DNA from: Candidatus Hydrogenedens sp.
GTDB lineage: Bacteria > Hydrogenedentota > Hydrogenedentia > Hydrogenedentales > Hydrogenedentaceae
Reading direction: 5' to 3'
DNA length: 64,000 bases
Assembly: GCA_049968235.1 (NCBI GenBank)
Contig: JBMFRC010000003.1
Coordinates: 160,001-224,000 of the forward strand
Part shown: positions 39,501 to 48,585 of the stretch, piece after piece
How positions within the stretch are numbered: position 1 is the stretch's first letter
Layout: the number at the start of each line of letters is the position of its first letter
The notes under the pieces: model-generated
What the model was told of the DNA's origin: nothing
Seen by the model: only the letters and a program-made list of their open reading frames with translations
Databases searched by the model: none
Position numbers and translations under genes: made by a program

Positions 39501-40179
39501 CAAAGGGGTCTACTGTAACCTGTGCTATTACAGGGACATGTTTTCCGCACTCTCGCATGGCGTCCCGTGCCCCAAAAATACCTGCTTTCAGTTCCAGAAT
39601 ATCCTGTTGGGTTTCAAATAATATTACATCCACGCCCCCATCTAATAAGCCTTTTATCTGAATACGGAAATTTTCTCGTATCTCTCCAAAAGTTGATGGA
39701 GTTAATCCTGCACGCGAAAAAGTCAATACACGATTGGATGGTCCTACGGAACCTAAAATGAAAAGCGGTCTGCCGTCATATTTCTTTGAGTTCCGATATT
39801 CTTCGCGTGCTTCACAGGCAATTTCAGCCCCACGACGGCTGAGGTAATAACTCCATTCCTTATGGGTAATTTTCTGGAGGGTTATATTATAAGGATTGGC
39901 GGGAAAGATTTTTGTGTCCAGTTCTGTAAAATCGTATTCCGAGAGACGTAGATAGGATGCTCCGAAGGTATTGGTCTCCACAGCACTACTACCCGATTCA
40001 AAATAGGTTCGATGAATAGATTTCATTGCTTCTGGTGTGGAGAAATTTATTAAATCTGTAAGCATTCGATAAGGCTCACCACCGTAATACTCAGCACCTA
40101 AATTCAGGTCTTGCACCATTGTGCCTGTGGCACCATCAATAATTAAAATTTGTTGTTTGATATAATCCAGAAATTGCAT
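36553..40179 (-). CDS. metH: Cobalamin-dependent methionine synthase
   Basis: 1208 aa. N-terminal homocysteine S-methyltransferase domain. Pterin-binding domain. B12-binding 'DVHSIGKDL' (DxHxxG). C-terminal AdoMet reactivation domain. Confidence 0.9.
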   Translation of the reverse strand: MQFLDYIKQQILIIDGATGTMVQDLNLGAEYYGGEPYRMLTDLINFSTPEAMKSIHRTYFESGSSAVETNTFGASYLRLSEYDFTELDTKIFPANPYNITLQKITHKEWSYYLSRRGAEIACEAREEYRNSKKYDGRPLFILGSVGPSNRVLTFSRAGLTPSTFGEIRENFRIQIKGLLDGGVDVILFETQQDILELKAGIFGARDAMRECGKHVPVIAQVTVDPFARMQIFNTDIHSAIVSMEALGVDVFGINCSIGPDLMQTAVEKMSRYAHVPLSTIPNAGLPQSEGGKTVFRFEPKPFAEILSSLALEYGLNIVGGCCGTRPEHIAELVERLRDKKPAPRKPSDTIFIAGVQNAVPLDAERSLIRIGERLNVRGSKKVREAVEIDNGIDMDALEEVAREQINDLGCEIIDVCMDSNHVNTVKTLSRVVHQISADIKGAMCIDSFQPDALIEAVHHYAGVPILNSISLEEVEAGKTKLDILLPPTKDFGCFYVALCTDSKGPADTVERKITLAKQIVEKARDYGVPTHRLFIDVNVFPIGAEPNETQNYALETLQGIEQVRKELPDAFTIIGVGNLTNGLAQKPHMRKVLTSVFLDEARKRGLHSAILNPQHYVFVENLDPEDYRLAKKIIFERDMESFAILEERSLSLKQKETVKKSNYDELPLEMAICEKIKDGLKQHAKGQVEFQGFIYEYQDLIVPQVAKALEKHEPLNFVSDYLMSAMQELGDLFGKGEVSLPHLLRSADVMKQAMGFIEGYLRYKAKREKREQSEDTVRGTIVLGTVYQDVHSIGKDLTKTLLENYGYRVIDLGVMVPLQEFIDQAKKHNATAIGMSALLVQTANHMITVARMCKEQGLDIPILTGGAAVTPRHTAFVAMMGQDNIGKIRADVFYCRTAMDGVNIMNQITTSSETRDKLYQQNREALKQRYLQATKRLQEEEQKLLNLPRRIISTPFPQYPKSPRFRHRIFRIPLSKFVQYIDKQTLFSLNWKFGGKTSQEKAGHIIEELELLFNKWTSLTEQKKWIEPQAIYGLLPAKSDDNWVLVYDPENLDEILGKIEFTTVIGAGEKDLVSGSQYFRSIRDNEWDVIGIQVCTAGPSIEQGLAYFKEQGNSESSLFLQGLGDRIAEDTAEYIHRHLQDLLHIPHEHGRRWSPGYPGMTNIMMNETILNILGGGDPIGVSLLESGQFHPTCTTAAVISFHPEAKYT

Positions 40180-40312
40180 AGATACTTTCCCGGGAACACA
40201 AGAAAAAAATTGGAGGTTTAAATAATATCATAATAAGGGGTTATGATTGTCTAATCTGTCCGGCGGGTCCGACGAGTTAAATGAGTTGGACAGGTCAAAC
40301 AGGTCCGATGGG

Positions 40313-41479
40313 TCAGACTAAAGGCAAAGCATTAAAATGCTCCGGTAATAGAACAAGATGAATTTCTTCGTAACCGAAGCGGGATGTATTAAAAACGATT
40401 CCTGAATTGTCCGTTAAAAATGATGCATGCGGATGCACTTTAATGTTATTTCCTATTTTGCCAGAGACAAGTAATCTCCGTTCCTTTTTGTCCGGGTCTA
40501 TCAACCAGATATTTCTGTCAAAATCATCACCCAGAACCCACTTAAAATCATGACTACCGTGAGTATGCCATGCAGGGTATTGAGATAATACATTCATCAT
40601 ACTTTTGCTCCCTTTTTCTCTATCTGTCTCTGCTACACCGTGAGGTAATTTTTTATGAACTTCATCATAAGGCCAGATGGTAAATAAAGCCCGCTCCTTG
40701 CCCCACCATACCTCATGAGTTATCCAGAGATTGTCATGTTCTACAAAGAAGGGTTCTGCCTTACGAGTTTGTTCTGACCAGCACCATGTGCGTTGAGGAC
40801 CATCTCCGCCTGTTTCCCAACAAAACATAACCAGGTCTGTGTTCCAAAAGTTGGGCTGAACATGTCCTATTTTGAAGGGCATCTGTGCACATTCTTCCCA
40901 TGTGCCTTCCGGAATACTCATCCGACGTAGGACACTTTGTTCTTTTCCTTCTTTGTGTGTAGCACAATATAACCATTTCTCATCTGCTGAAATTCCAATT
41001 CCCCCTATCTGTGTTCCAAATTCATCGGGATAAGTTCCTATTTCCGTTCTGCTCCCATCCATCTCTTGTTTGCATACTTTATTCCCGTTAAAGAAATAAA
41101 CCCTTTCTGTATCCCATGATAATGAAAAATTCCCTATATTTGTTTCTAACACAGGAACAATTTTTTTTGTGGTTCTTTCTAAACGATGTAATTGTAATTT
41201 GCCTTCAGAGCGATCTGAAAAAAAGTAAAAATGTTCACAGGATTTTCCCCACATAGGATGGGTTTGATATATAGTTGTATTTTTCGAAGGACCGTTAACA
41301 ATTCTGTATATCCTGGCTCCTGTTGTTTCATCTTCATACGACTCGAATTCGTCCCATACATTGTGAGGCTTCGTTGAAGTTACCGGATTTTGTGTATAAG
41401 CCACGTTTACAACAGGTAATATAAGGGTAGATGCAAGAAAACTACGACGGGTAAGATGTATTTTATTTTCTCTGAACAT
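40313..41479 (-). CDS. Tat-signal beta-propeller protein resembling oligogalacturonide lyase (PL22)
   Basis: Tat motif 'TRRSFLAST'. The ~388-aa length and His-rich 'AWHTHGSHDFKW' segment suggest an Ogl/PL22-like fold. The assignment is tentative. Confidence 0.4.
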   Translation of the reverse strand: MFRENKIHLTRRSFLASTLILPVVNVAYTQNPVTSTKPHNVWDEFESYEDETTGARIYRIVNGPSKNTTIYQTHPMWGKSCEHFYFFSDRSEGKLQLHRLERTTKKIVPVLETNIGNFSLSWDTERVYFFNGNKVCKQEMDGSRTEIGTYPDEFGTQIGGIGISADEKWLYCATHKEGKEQSVLRRMSIPEGTWEECAQMPFKIGHVQPNFWNTDLVMFCWETGGDGPQRTWCWSEQTRKAEPFFVEHDNLWITHEVWWGKERALFTIWPYDEVHKKLPHGVAETDREKGSKSMMNVLSQYPAWHTHGSHDFKWVLGDDFDRNIWLIDPDKKERRLLVSGKIGNNIKVHPHASFLTDNSGIVFNTSRFGYEEIHLVLLPEHFNALPLV

Positions 41480-41500
41480 ATAAACTTCCTGTCAGTTAGG

Positions 41501-42562
41501 TTATGGGGTGAAATCTATGGATGGGGTCAATGAAAGTATCCAATTTTTTATTAATTTTATAGCATTTTCTACATCTGTCAATGAGACAATTTCTACGGGT
41601 GTATGCATATAACGATTGGGAATACCAATAAGTCCTGTGGCAACGCCTTTACGACTTAATTGAATTGCATTTGCATCGGTTCCTGTGGCTCGCGGTGCAG
41701 GCATAAGTTGATAAGGGATTTTCTGATTTTGGGCTATTTTTATTAAACCTTCAAGCACTTTTGGATTGATATTAGGTCCTTTATCAAGAATAGGACCTTT
41801 TCCCAATTTAATTTCAGCATATCGGGCTTTGTCAATTCCCGGATGGTCAGTTGCCCAGCCGACATCAACTGCTATGGCGGTATGGGGTTCGCATGCAAAT
41901 GCACTTGTAATAGCGCCTCGTAAGCCAATTTCCTCTTGAACCGTAGTAACGCAATACACAGCTACTTTCAGTTTATTTTTTGGCAGACTGCGTATGGCTT
42001 CAAGACAGACGAAAGCACCAATACGGTCGTCCAATCCACGCGCAGAAATCAAGTTGTTTTTGAGTTCGCGAACAGAAACATCTAAAGTAATCGGGTCGGC
42101 TACAGATACTATTTTTTCTGCCTCTTTCTTGCTCGTAACTCCAATGTCAATCCATAATTCATATAGTTCGGGAGTTTTTTCTCGTTCTTTCTCCGGCGTT
42201 AGATGAATGGGCTTTCTGCCAATAACACCATATACAGGACCTTTTGCTGAGTGTACTACTACTCTTTGTCCAGGAAGCACAGCGGTATCTACACCGCCGA
42301 TAGATACTCCATGAATAAAACCATTATCATCGATTGAATTAACCATCAGTCCAATCTCATCTACATGTCCACAAAGCATAACTCGCAAAGGTGCGTTTTT
42401 ATTGATTACAAAAAATTGGTTTCCATGAACATCTTTATAGATGTAATCGGCATAGCCGGTCATATATTCTTTACATTTTTCCTGAATTTTGACTTCAAAT
42501 CCCGAAGGACTTGGAGTACTAAGTAAATCATAGAGAAAAGATTTTGATGCAGTTGATAACAT
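41501..42562 (-). CDS. M42-family metallopeptidase (glutamyl aminopeptidase / FrvX-CelM-like)
   Basis: 'VMLCGHVDEIGLMV', 'GRGLDDRIGAFVCLEAI', 'AVDVGWATDHPG'. Start taken at 'MLSTASKSFLYDLL', because the longer ORF adds an unlikely TM segment. Confidence 0.7.
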   Translation of the reverse strand: MLSTASKSFLYDLLSTPSPSGFEVKIQEKCKEYMTGYADYIYKDVHGNQFFVINKNAPLRVMLCGHVDEIGLMVNSIDDNGFIHGVSIGGVDTAVLPGQRVVVHSAKGPVYGVIGRKPIHLTPEKEREKTPELYELWIDIGVTSKKEAEKIVSVADPITLDVSVRELKNNLISARGLDDRIGAFVCLEAIRSLPKNKLKVAVYCVTTVQEEIGLRGAITSAFACEPHTAIAVDVGWATDHPGIDKARYAEIKLGKGPILDKGPNINPKVLEGLIKIAQNQKIPYQLMPAPRATGTDANAIQLSRKGVATGLIGIPNRYMHTPVEIVSLTDVENAIKLIKNWILSLTPSIDFTP

Positions 42563-42925
42563 GGCAGTAATCCTTTGTTCTTTGCTATAAACTAACATAC
42601 AGGGAACAAGCAGAACAAGTGAAAAGGATACAATGAAGGCTAAAAAGCAGATATAAAAAATTTCTATTAACAATTAATTGTTGACAAAAATATAAAATAA
42701 ACAAAATACTACCCCTATTCTTAAATAACAAGGACCTGCAGAACAAAAATGTTTTATATCTAACAATCTATAATTTTTTTATCACCTCGTAATTTATTAT
42801 ACCTCAATTCTCAAAATTTTGCTTGAAAATTTAACTTTTTCTGTAAAATAAATCCTTATATTCCATAGATATATACAAATAGACGAAAATTTTGTTACAA
42901 AAATTTAAATTTTTTAAAATTTTAT

Positions 42926-42954
42926 TTGACAAAACGGGTTAATTCGTGTTAAAT
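42926..42954 (+). promoter_or_regulatory. Candidate sigma70-type promoter for the M23 peptidase-bactofilin operon
   Basis: -35 TTGACA (42926-42931), 17-nt spacer, -10 TTAAAT (42949-42954), within a 370-bp AT-rich intergenic region. Confidence 0.35.
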
Positions 42955-43045
42955 TTGAATTTACCTTAAAATTGAAAATTGAATTAATAGATATATATAA
43001 ATTGAGGAAAGGGAATAAACCTTTTTCTATAAGGAGCCGAATCGC

Positions 43046-44059
43046 GTGAAATCGTGGACAATAATCAGGCTTCCTAAAAAGGAAGGTGAGAAAATCCATG
43101 TAAGGTTATCGCCGGGCGTATTTGGTTTTATTTTATTTTTAATTGCGGTGCTTACATTCTTTACTTCCTTTTTATATACCCGCCAGCATATTATTTCTAC
43201 ACATCTGTCGGAATTAAAGCAAATAAACCGCAATTTGGAATATGCAACGGGTAATGGAAATACTGGTCAGGCAGTTGCAAATGGCGTTTCTGAAGAGGAA
43301 TTGCGACGCATAGAGAATCAACTTCGTTCAGAATATGAATCCACAATAGCGGTGATTACATCACAATTGAATGAATTGCTGGAAATAGAGACCAAAGCAC
43401 GGCAGGCAACGGGTCTAACTCCGAAATACAAGACGCCGGCGGTGGATACTACAAACAGGAACGAGGGGGGAAAAGGAGGTCCAGCAGGGAAACCTTTTAA
43501 CACGGAGTTTCAAGTAAATCGTAACACCATAAGCGTTCCCACCTTTTTACATAGATCCAATCGACTTTCGGCAGACTTAATATTACAGGAAATTGCGTTA
43601 CGTAAAATAGGACTGCAGGATTTGCTCAAAGGGGTAGAGGCAAAAAATGTTAAGATTGAGCGTACACCAAATAGTTGGCCTCTTGCGAGACGGATGGGTA
43701 AGTTGACGTCCTATTTTGGATATCGTATAGACCCATTCACGCGGAGAATAAAACATCATGATGGATTGGACATTTCAGCACCTTACGGCACGCAGGTAAT
43801 ATCCGCTGGTAAAGGGACGGTAAGTTTTGCGGGGCGTGAAGGGGATTATGGGAAGATGGTTATTATTGACCATGGCGATGGTATGCAGACTGCATATGCT
43901 CATCTATCACAGATTCATGTTACTGTGGGTCAAAAAGTGGAAAAAGGACAGGTTATCGGTGCAGTAGGGAGCACAGGTAGAAGTACAGGTCCGCATTTAC
44001 ATTTTGAAGTCCGAATTGGAAAGCAATCCGTAAATCCGTTAAAATACTTGAGTAGATAA
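43046..44059 (+). CDS. M23-family (LytM) peptidoglycan DD-metalloendopeptidase with N-terminal membrane anchor and coiled coil (GTG start)
   Basis: 'HHDGLDISAPYGTQVISAGKGTVSFAG' and 'GPHLHFEVRIG' (HxxxD / HxH zinc motifs). GGAG RBS. Confidence 0.8.
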   Translation: MKSWTIIRLPKKEGEKIHVRLSPGVFGFILFLIAVLTFFTSFLYTRQHIISTHLSELKQINRNLEYATGNGNTGQAVANGVSEEELRRIENQLRSEYESTIAVITSQLNELLEIETKARQATGLTPKYKTPAVDTTNRNEGGKGGPAGKPFNTEFQVNRNTISVPTFLHRSNRLSADLILQEIALRKIGLQDLLKGVEAKNVKIERTPNSWPLARRMGKLTSYFGYRIDPFTRRIKHHDGLDISAPYGTQVISAGKGTVSFAGREGDYGKMVIIDHGDGMQTAYAHLSQIHVTVGQKVEKGQVIGAVGSTGRSTGPHLHFEVRIGKQSVNPLKYLSR

Positions 44060-44127
44060 CAATTGTTGGCTTTTTAATAAATCGGTCTTTTATAAAAACC
44101 AAGTGAATTAAAGAGTAGGAAAGTATT

Positions 44128-44505
44128 ATGTTAGATGTAAGAAAGAAAGGTCCTGGTGAAATGGATGTAAAGAGTGTAATTGGTCCGGGCACAGTAGTAA
44201 ATGGTGATATAACATCAGAAGGCTCACTCCGAATAGAAGGAGAGGTCATCGGTAAGATCACCAGTAAAGATACTGTTGTAATTCATGATAACGGAAAAGT
44301 TAAAGCAGAGATTCGGGGACAGCAGGTTATCGTAAGCGGTGAAGTCCAAGGAAATATCTTTGCAACGGAGCGATTGGAAATTACCGCTTCCGGTAGAGTT
44401 ATTGGGGATATTACTGCTCCCCGCGTTAGTATTGCAGAAGGAGTCGTGTTTGAAGGAAAATGTACCATGAAACCCCCTTCATCTCCGAAATCTCAGCAGA
44501 AGTAA
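44128..44505 (+). CDS. Bactofilin (CcmA-like, DUF583) cytoskeletal protein
   Basis: Repeating beta-helix pattern 'VIGPGTVVNGDITSEGSLRIEGEVIGKITSKDTVVIHDNGKVKAEIRGQQVIVSGEVQGNI'. Confidence 0.85.
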   Translation: MLDVRKKGPGEMDVKSVIGPGTVVNGDITSEGSLRIEGEVIGKITSKDTVVIHDNGKVKAEIRGQQVIVSGEVQGNIFATERLEITASGRVIGDITAPRVSIAEGVVFEGKCTMKPPSSPKSQQK

Positions 44506-44538
44506 AAGAGAGTATTCAAGTCTGATAGGTCGGATGTA

Positions 44539-45015
44539 TCAGGTACTATTATCTTTCAATTTCATTTTTTTTAGTTTCCTCCAGAGTGTGTTTCTGCCAA
44601 TACCTAATCTGCGTGCTGTTTCTGAACGATTAAAATGACATTCTGCCAGAGTTTTTAGTATGGTTTCGGTTTCCAGTTCCATGAGCGTTACGGATTTTTT
44701 TTCGAGCATAGTTTTACCCGTTTTCCATTGTCCAAGGGCTCTTTGTATCATCATGGCTACTTCATCCGGCTGGAAAGGAATAAAAATATATCCATATACT
44801 CCTTGTCTCATTAATTCTACCGCCTGAGGTATTTGTTGTGCTGAAGCAAGAACGAGCGTGGGTTGATTTTCTGCATGTCGCAATGCAAACGAATAATCAT
44901 CGGTAATCAATACATCAGCGGAATCGTTTACAATAACGTATCCATATGCCTCAATGAGCATTTTCAGAGTAAACTCGTTGATAGGTTGTTGAATAACTAA
45001 TTTTATACGAGCCAT
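44539..45015 (-). CDS. Fis-type HTH transcriptional regulator with a degenerate (pseudo-)receiver domain
   Basis: C-terminal 'ILKTLAECHFNRSETARRLGIGRNTLWRKLKK' matches the Fis/NtrC HTH. The N-terminal ~110 aa are REC-like but lack an obvious phospho-acceptor Asp. Confidence 0.55.
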   Translation of the reverse strand: MARIKLVIQQPINEFTLKMLIEAYGYVIVNDSADVLITDDYSFALRHAENQPTLVLASAQQIPQAVELMRQGVYGYIFIPFQPDEVAMMIQRALGQWKTGKTMLEKKSVTLMELETETILKTLAECHFNRSETARRLGIGRNTLWRKLKKMKLKDNST

Positions 45016-45102
45016 GTAAACAATCCTTTTACTTTCCTTTTTTTATACATAGTATAATACATTCCAAAAAGAATTAATATAGAAGGGAACTATCGGAAAT
45101 TT

Positions 45103-46503
45103 ATGTCTCAATCCGTTTATGAAAATACTACTGCCAAACATTTACTATGGGTAGAAGCCATTCGTGAAGTGTTCTATATGTCCTGGCCTATTGTGTTAGG
45201 TTCCCTTTCCTATACGGTTATGGAATTCTGTGATAAATGGATGGTCGCTCAATTAGGAACGGTATCTCTGGCGGCGGTCGGTTCTGCAGGAATATGGTCC
45301 TATACGATGAGCACATTACTGTTGGGTATTGTCGGTTGCACAGGGACATTCGTGGCACAGTCGTATGGTAAAGAAGTGTGGAAAGATTGTTCGAGGTATA
45401 CATGGCAGGGAATTTATCTGGCATTGTTCTCTATCCTGTTGGCAGGGGTATTGTTCGTTTTTTCAGAGTTGTTGTTTTCATGGATGAAGCACAGTCCCGA
45501 AGTAACCCGCCAAGAACTAATTTATTTCCGTATCCGATTACTGGGCTATTTCCCGATGGCTATGGGTTCCGCTTTAGCATCATTTTTCCCTTCTATCAAC
45601 AAACCTCGTGTTCCCATGTATTCTGCCATTATAGGAAATATCTTAAATTTAATATTAAACTATATTCTGATTTTTGGTAAATTAGGATTTCCACGGCTGG
45701 AAATAGCTGGCGCCAGTTATGCTACTGTAATCTCGCAATGGACGCAGACATTAATTCTATTCTTTCTCTTTCTGAAACCGAAATTACATCAAAAATTTGG
45801 GACACGGACATATCATCATTTTGATTTACGACGGATGAAGGAATTAATACGAATTGGGATACCTGCGGGTCTATCTATGTTTTTAGATATTTGTAATTGG
45901 AGTATATTTACCAGTTTCATCGTAGGTAGGTTTGGAGATGTTTCCCTTGCATCCCACAATGTAGCCATCAGTTTTATGCACTTGTGTTTTATGCCTGCAG
46001 TTGCTGTGAGTATTGGTATATCTGCCATTGTAGGGCAGTGGTTGGGAAGGCGTGAAGTGCAGATAGCCAAACAACGGGTTTATGTAGCACTGGCGCTTTG
46101 TATGGGGTATATGGTAACAATGGGTATTATTCTTGCCGTTTTTGGGGGTAAACTTATTTACCATATATTTAGTAAAGACCCGGAGGTTGTCCGTTTTGGA
46201 CATCGACTATTAATTTTGGCTGCTTTATTTCAAGCATTTGATGCCGTTAATATTATTTGTTTAGGTGCCTTGCGGGGTGCTGGCGATACCCGCTGGGTTA
46301 TGTGGGCAATGGTTATCAATGCATATTGCCTTTTCCTCCCTCTGGCAATTATTATGGGCTTCATTTTGGGTTGGGGTGCTTTTGGTTCCTGGATTTCTGC
46401 TACTATTTACATTGCTGTTTTAAGTATGACACTCATATATCGTTTCCTTTCTGAAAAGTGGACGAAAATTATTATTTTTTCGGAACAAGTGCCAACTCAA
46501 TAA
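45103..46503 (+). CDS. MATE-family efflux transporter
   Basis: 12 TM helices, and an N-terminus 'EVFYMSWPIVLGSLSYTVMEFCDKWMVAQLG' typical of NorM-like MATE proteins. Confidence 0.8.
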   Translation: MSQSVYENTTAKHLLWVEAIREVFYMSWPIVLGSLSYTVMEFCDKWMVAQLGTVSLAAVGSAGIWSYTMSTLLLGIVGCTGTFVAQSYGKEVWKDCSRYTWQGIYLALFSILLAGVLFVFSELLFSWMKHSPEVTRQELIYFRIRLLGYFPMAMGSALASFFPSINKPRVPMYSAIIGNILNLILNYILIFGKLGFPRLEIAGASYATVISQWTQTLILFFLFLKPKLHQKFGTRTYHHFDLRRMKELIRIGIPAGLSMFLDICNWSIFTSFIVGRFGDVSLASHNVAISFMHLCFMPAVAVSIGISAIVGQWLGRREVQIAKQRVYVALALCMGYMVTMGIILAVFGGKLIYHIFSKDPEVVRFGHRLLILAALFQAFDAVNIICLGALRGAGDTRWVMWAMVINAYCLFLPLAIIMGFILGWGAFGSWISATIYIAVLSMTLIYRFLSEKWTKIIIFSEQVPTQ

Positions 46504-46633
46504 AACTTCTATTTAAGATTTGCTTTTTATTTTATTGTCGGTTTTCAAATCTATGTTAAATGTGGTATTATGAAATTTAATGCAAATGTGGAATGTTCAG
46601 AAAAGATAAAACCATTATTAGAAGGAGCAATAT

Positions 46634-47320
46634 ATGAATTACAAAAGGACACTGTCAATAATGTTCACAATGATTATTTTTGTGTTCTCAATTATGATGT
46701 TTCTTAAAGCAGAGGACTCAAAATCTGCAGAGAAAGGCGATTGGATTTCATTATTTGATGGGAAATCATTACAGGGTTGGGTTCAATTTATTCCTGACCC
46801 CAATGCAGACCCTTCAAAAACATGGATGATAAAAGACGGAGTTATTCTTTGTACCGGGAAGCCAGCCGGTTATATTCGCACAGACAAAAAATTTGGGAAT
46901 TATCAGTTACAATTGGAATGGCGTTGGGCAGGCTCTCCCGGAAATAGTGGCGTCCTGCTTCATGTTCAGGATAAAGATGAAGTCTGGCCTAAATCTATCG
47001 AGGCACAACTCATGCATAAGAATGCGGGAGATTTCTGGGTAATTGGGGGTACAGATTTTGAGGAGCATCAGAAACACGCAAGCAAAGATGATGACCGTCG
47101 TGTGCCAAAGCGGGAGAAATGTAGTGAAAAGAAGCCTGGCGAGTGGAATCAATATGATATTTGGTGCGATGGGGATACCATTCGTGTTTTTGTAAATGGT
47201 GTATTACAAAATGAAGCACATAAATGCACCGTAACAGAGGGTTATATTGGATTACAAAGCGAAGGGGCCCCTATTGAATTTCGTAATATCAAATTAAGAA
47301 AGTTAGAACCCAAAAAGTAA
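46634..47320 (+). CDS. DUF1080 (3-keto-disaccharide hydrolase / LamG-like) secreted protein
   Basis: 'DGKSLQGW', 'WMIKDGVILCTG', 'GYIRTDKKFGNYQLQLEWRW', 'SGVLLHV' and C-terminal 'IEFRNIKLR'. Confidence 0.8.
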   Translation: MNYKRTLSIMFTMIIFVFSIMMFLKAEDSKSAEKGDWISLFDGKSLQGWVQFIPDPNADPSKTWMIKDGVILCTGKPAGYIRTDKKFGNYQLQLEWRWAGSPGNSGVLLHVQDKDEVWPKSIEAQLMHKNAGDFWVIGGTDFEEHQKHASKDDDRRVPKREKCSEKKPGEWNQYDIWCDGDTIRVFVNGVLQNEAHKCTVTEGYIGLQSEGAPIEFRNIKLRKLEPKK

Positions 47321-47503
47321 CCATTCAGAAAGTAATTTTTATCAATTTTGTTTTGTTGTATAATTCTAAAAGTAAAGATATAACTCATTTCTAATAAGCA
47401 AGTTGTGTAAGTTAAAATGGATGAAAATAATTTTTAACTTAAAAAAGAGAAACGAAATGAGTATTCAATGTAATATACTTATAGGAGTAAAAAATAACAT
47501 ATA

Positions 47504-47908
47504 TTGAAGGAAAACACAATGAAAACTTTCTTTTCTTTCCATTGGATATTTACTTCCCTGTTATTACTATGTATTATGGTATTTTTAACAGGATGCCCCA
47601 AACCGGATTTGCAGGTATCCGCATTATCACATCATTTTGGCGGGGATATATATACCGGTACTATAGAGACGGACTGGGAGTTTCAAATTTGGAACGCCGG
47701 TGACAAAAACTCTACCCTATTCTATAAAGTGGAACCTACAAGAAATTGGATTCTTGTAAATCCAGATTCCGGAAAAATTGCTCAATCTGATAAACCGGTA
47801 AATATTTCTGTTCATATCAACCGTAGTAACAATCAAAAGGGATTGCCTTCTTTTGCCACAGGATATATTAAAGTTTCAGGAGGTGGGAAAAAAAAACAAT
47901 TACAGTAA
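47504..47908 (+). CDS. Lipoprotein (ORF ends immediately after an A9 run)
   Basis: Signal plus lipobox 'LLLLCIMVFLTGC'. The stop lies 10 nt after AAAAAAAAA (47888-47896). Confidence 0.6.
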   Translation: MKENTMKTFFSFHWIFTSLLLLCIMVFLTGCPKPDLQVSALSHHFGGDIYTGTIETDWEFQIWNAGDKNSTLFYKVEPTRNWILVNPDSGKIAQSDKPVNISVHINRSNNQKGLPSFATGYIKVSGGGKKKQLQ

Positions 47909-48573
47909 CAACAGTTCCTAATTTCTATACTGAAGTATTTGGTGGATTTTATAATCGACCTTTTGATTTGTCCAATACCACATTGGTGTTTATACCGGAC
48001 AGTAATAGCCTTCATTTCTATAAGCAGGGAATAAAGAAAAATGTCCAACAATTTCCTCAACAAACACCAGATATAGGACAACCTGCCTTTTTTTCAATTA
48101 GGGACCCATTTTATATAAAATCCACAATAGCCCCGATACCTTTTTATGGAGTTAAATATGATGATATTTACATTTCCAGTAAAGGATTTATCTCTTTCGG
48201 AGCAGAGGGATTGGAACCTACAAGTGTGGGCAGACATTTTGCATATCCACAAATTTCCCTTTTACCTCTGGATGTATTGAAAGCAGATGAAGATGGCGGT
48301 GTTATTTACACTATTCTACCTCAAAAGTTAGTTATTTCATGGATAAACATTCCTCTTGCACAAAATCCGACAATCGGTGAAGATGGTAAGGCATATAAAA
48401 ACAATATTCAGGTTGAGTTGTTCTATGATGGGAAGATTCAGATAACTTATCTTAGCATTGATCCGAAACAATTTGTCGCTGTTGTTGGTTTATCTTGTGG
48501 TGGGGGTGATGGAACAAACCCTCCTGTGCAGGATTTTGTTATCAGTGATTTATCAAGTGCTCCGGAAATATAA
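47872..48573 (+). CDS. Hypothetical protein in the -1 frame relative to the upstream lipoprotein ORF; probably its C-terminal continuation
   Basis: The frame is open from 47872 through the A9 run. It has no ATG/GTG start or RBS of its own; the annotated ORF starts with TTG at 47968. Confidence 0.5.
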   Translation, partial: SFRRWEKKTITVTTVPNFYTEVFGGFYNRPFDLSNTTLVFIPDSNSLHFYKQGIKKNVQQFPQQTPDIGQPAFFSIRDPFYIKSTIAPIPFYGVKYDDIYISSKGFISFGAEGLEPTSVGRHFAYPQISLLPLDVLKADEDGGVIYTILPQKLVISWINIPLAQNPTIGEDGKAYKNNIQVELFYDGKIQITYLSIDPKQFVAVVGLSCGGGDGTNPPVQDFVISDLSSAPEI

Positions 48574-48585
48574 ATTTTCTAAAAT

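Noticed and set aside
38909-39761. Plus-strand ORFs (152, 96, 83, 79 aa) inside metH
   Set aside because: They are antisense to a well-supported 1208-aa methionine synthase gene and have no RBS or motifs.
40241-40312. SRP (4.5S) RNA, because of 'AGGTCCGATGG', which resembles the AGGUCCGGAAGG core
   Set aside because: The invariant GGAAGCAGC segment is missing, and the flanks do not form the required long hairpin.
42681-42709. Second TTGACA -35 hexamer near the M42 peptidase start
   Set aside because: It has no convincing -10 at 16-18 nt spacing on the plus strand, and the adjacent gene is on the minus strand.
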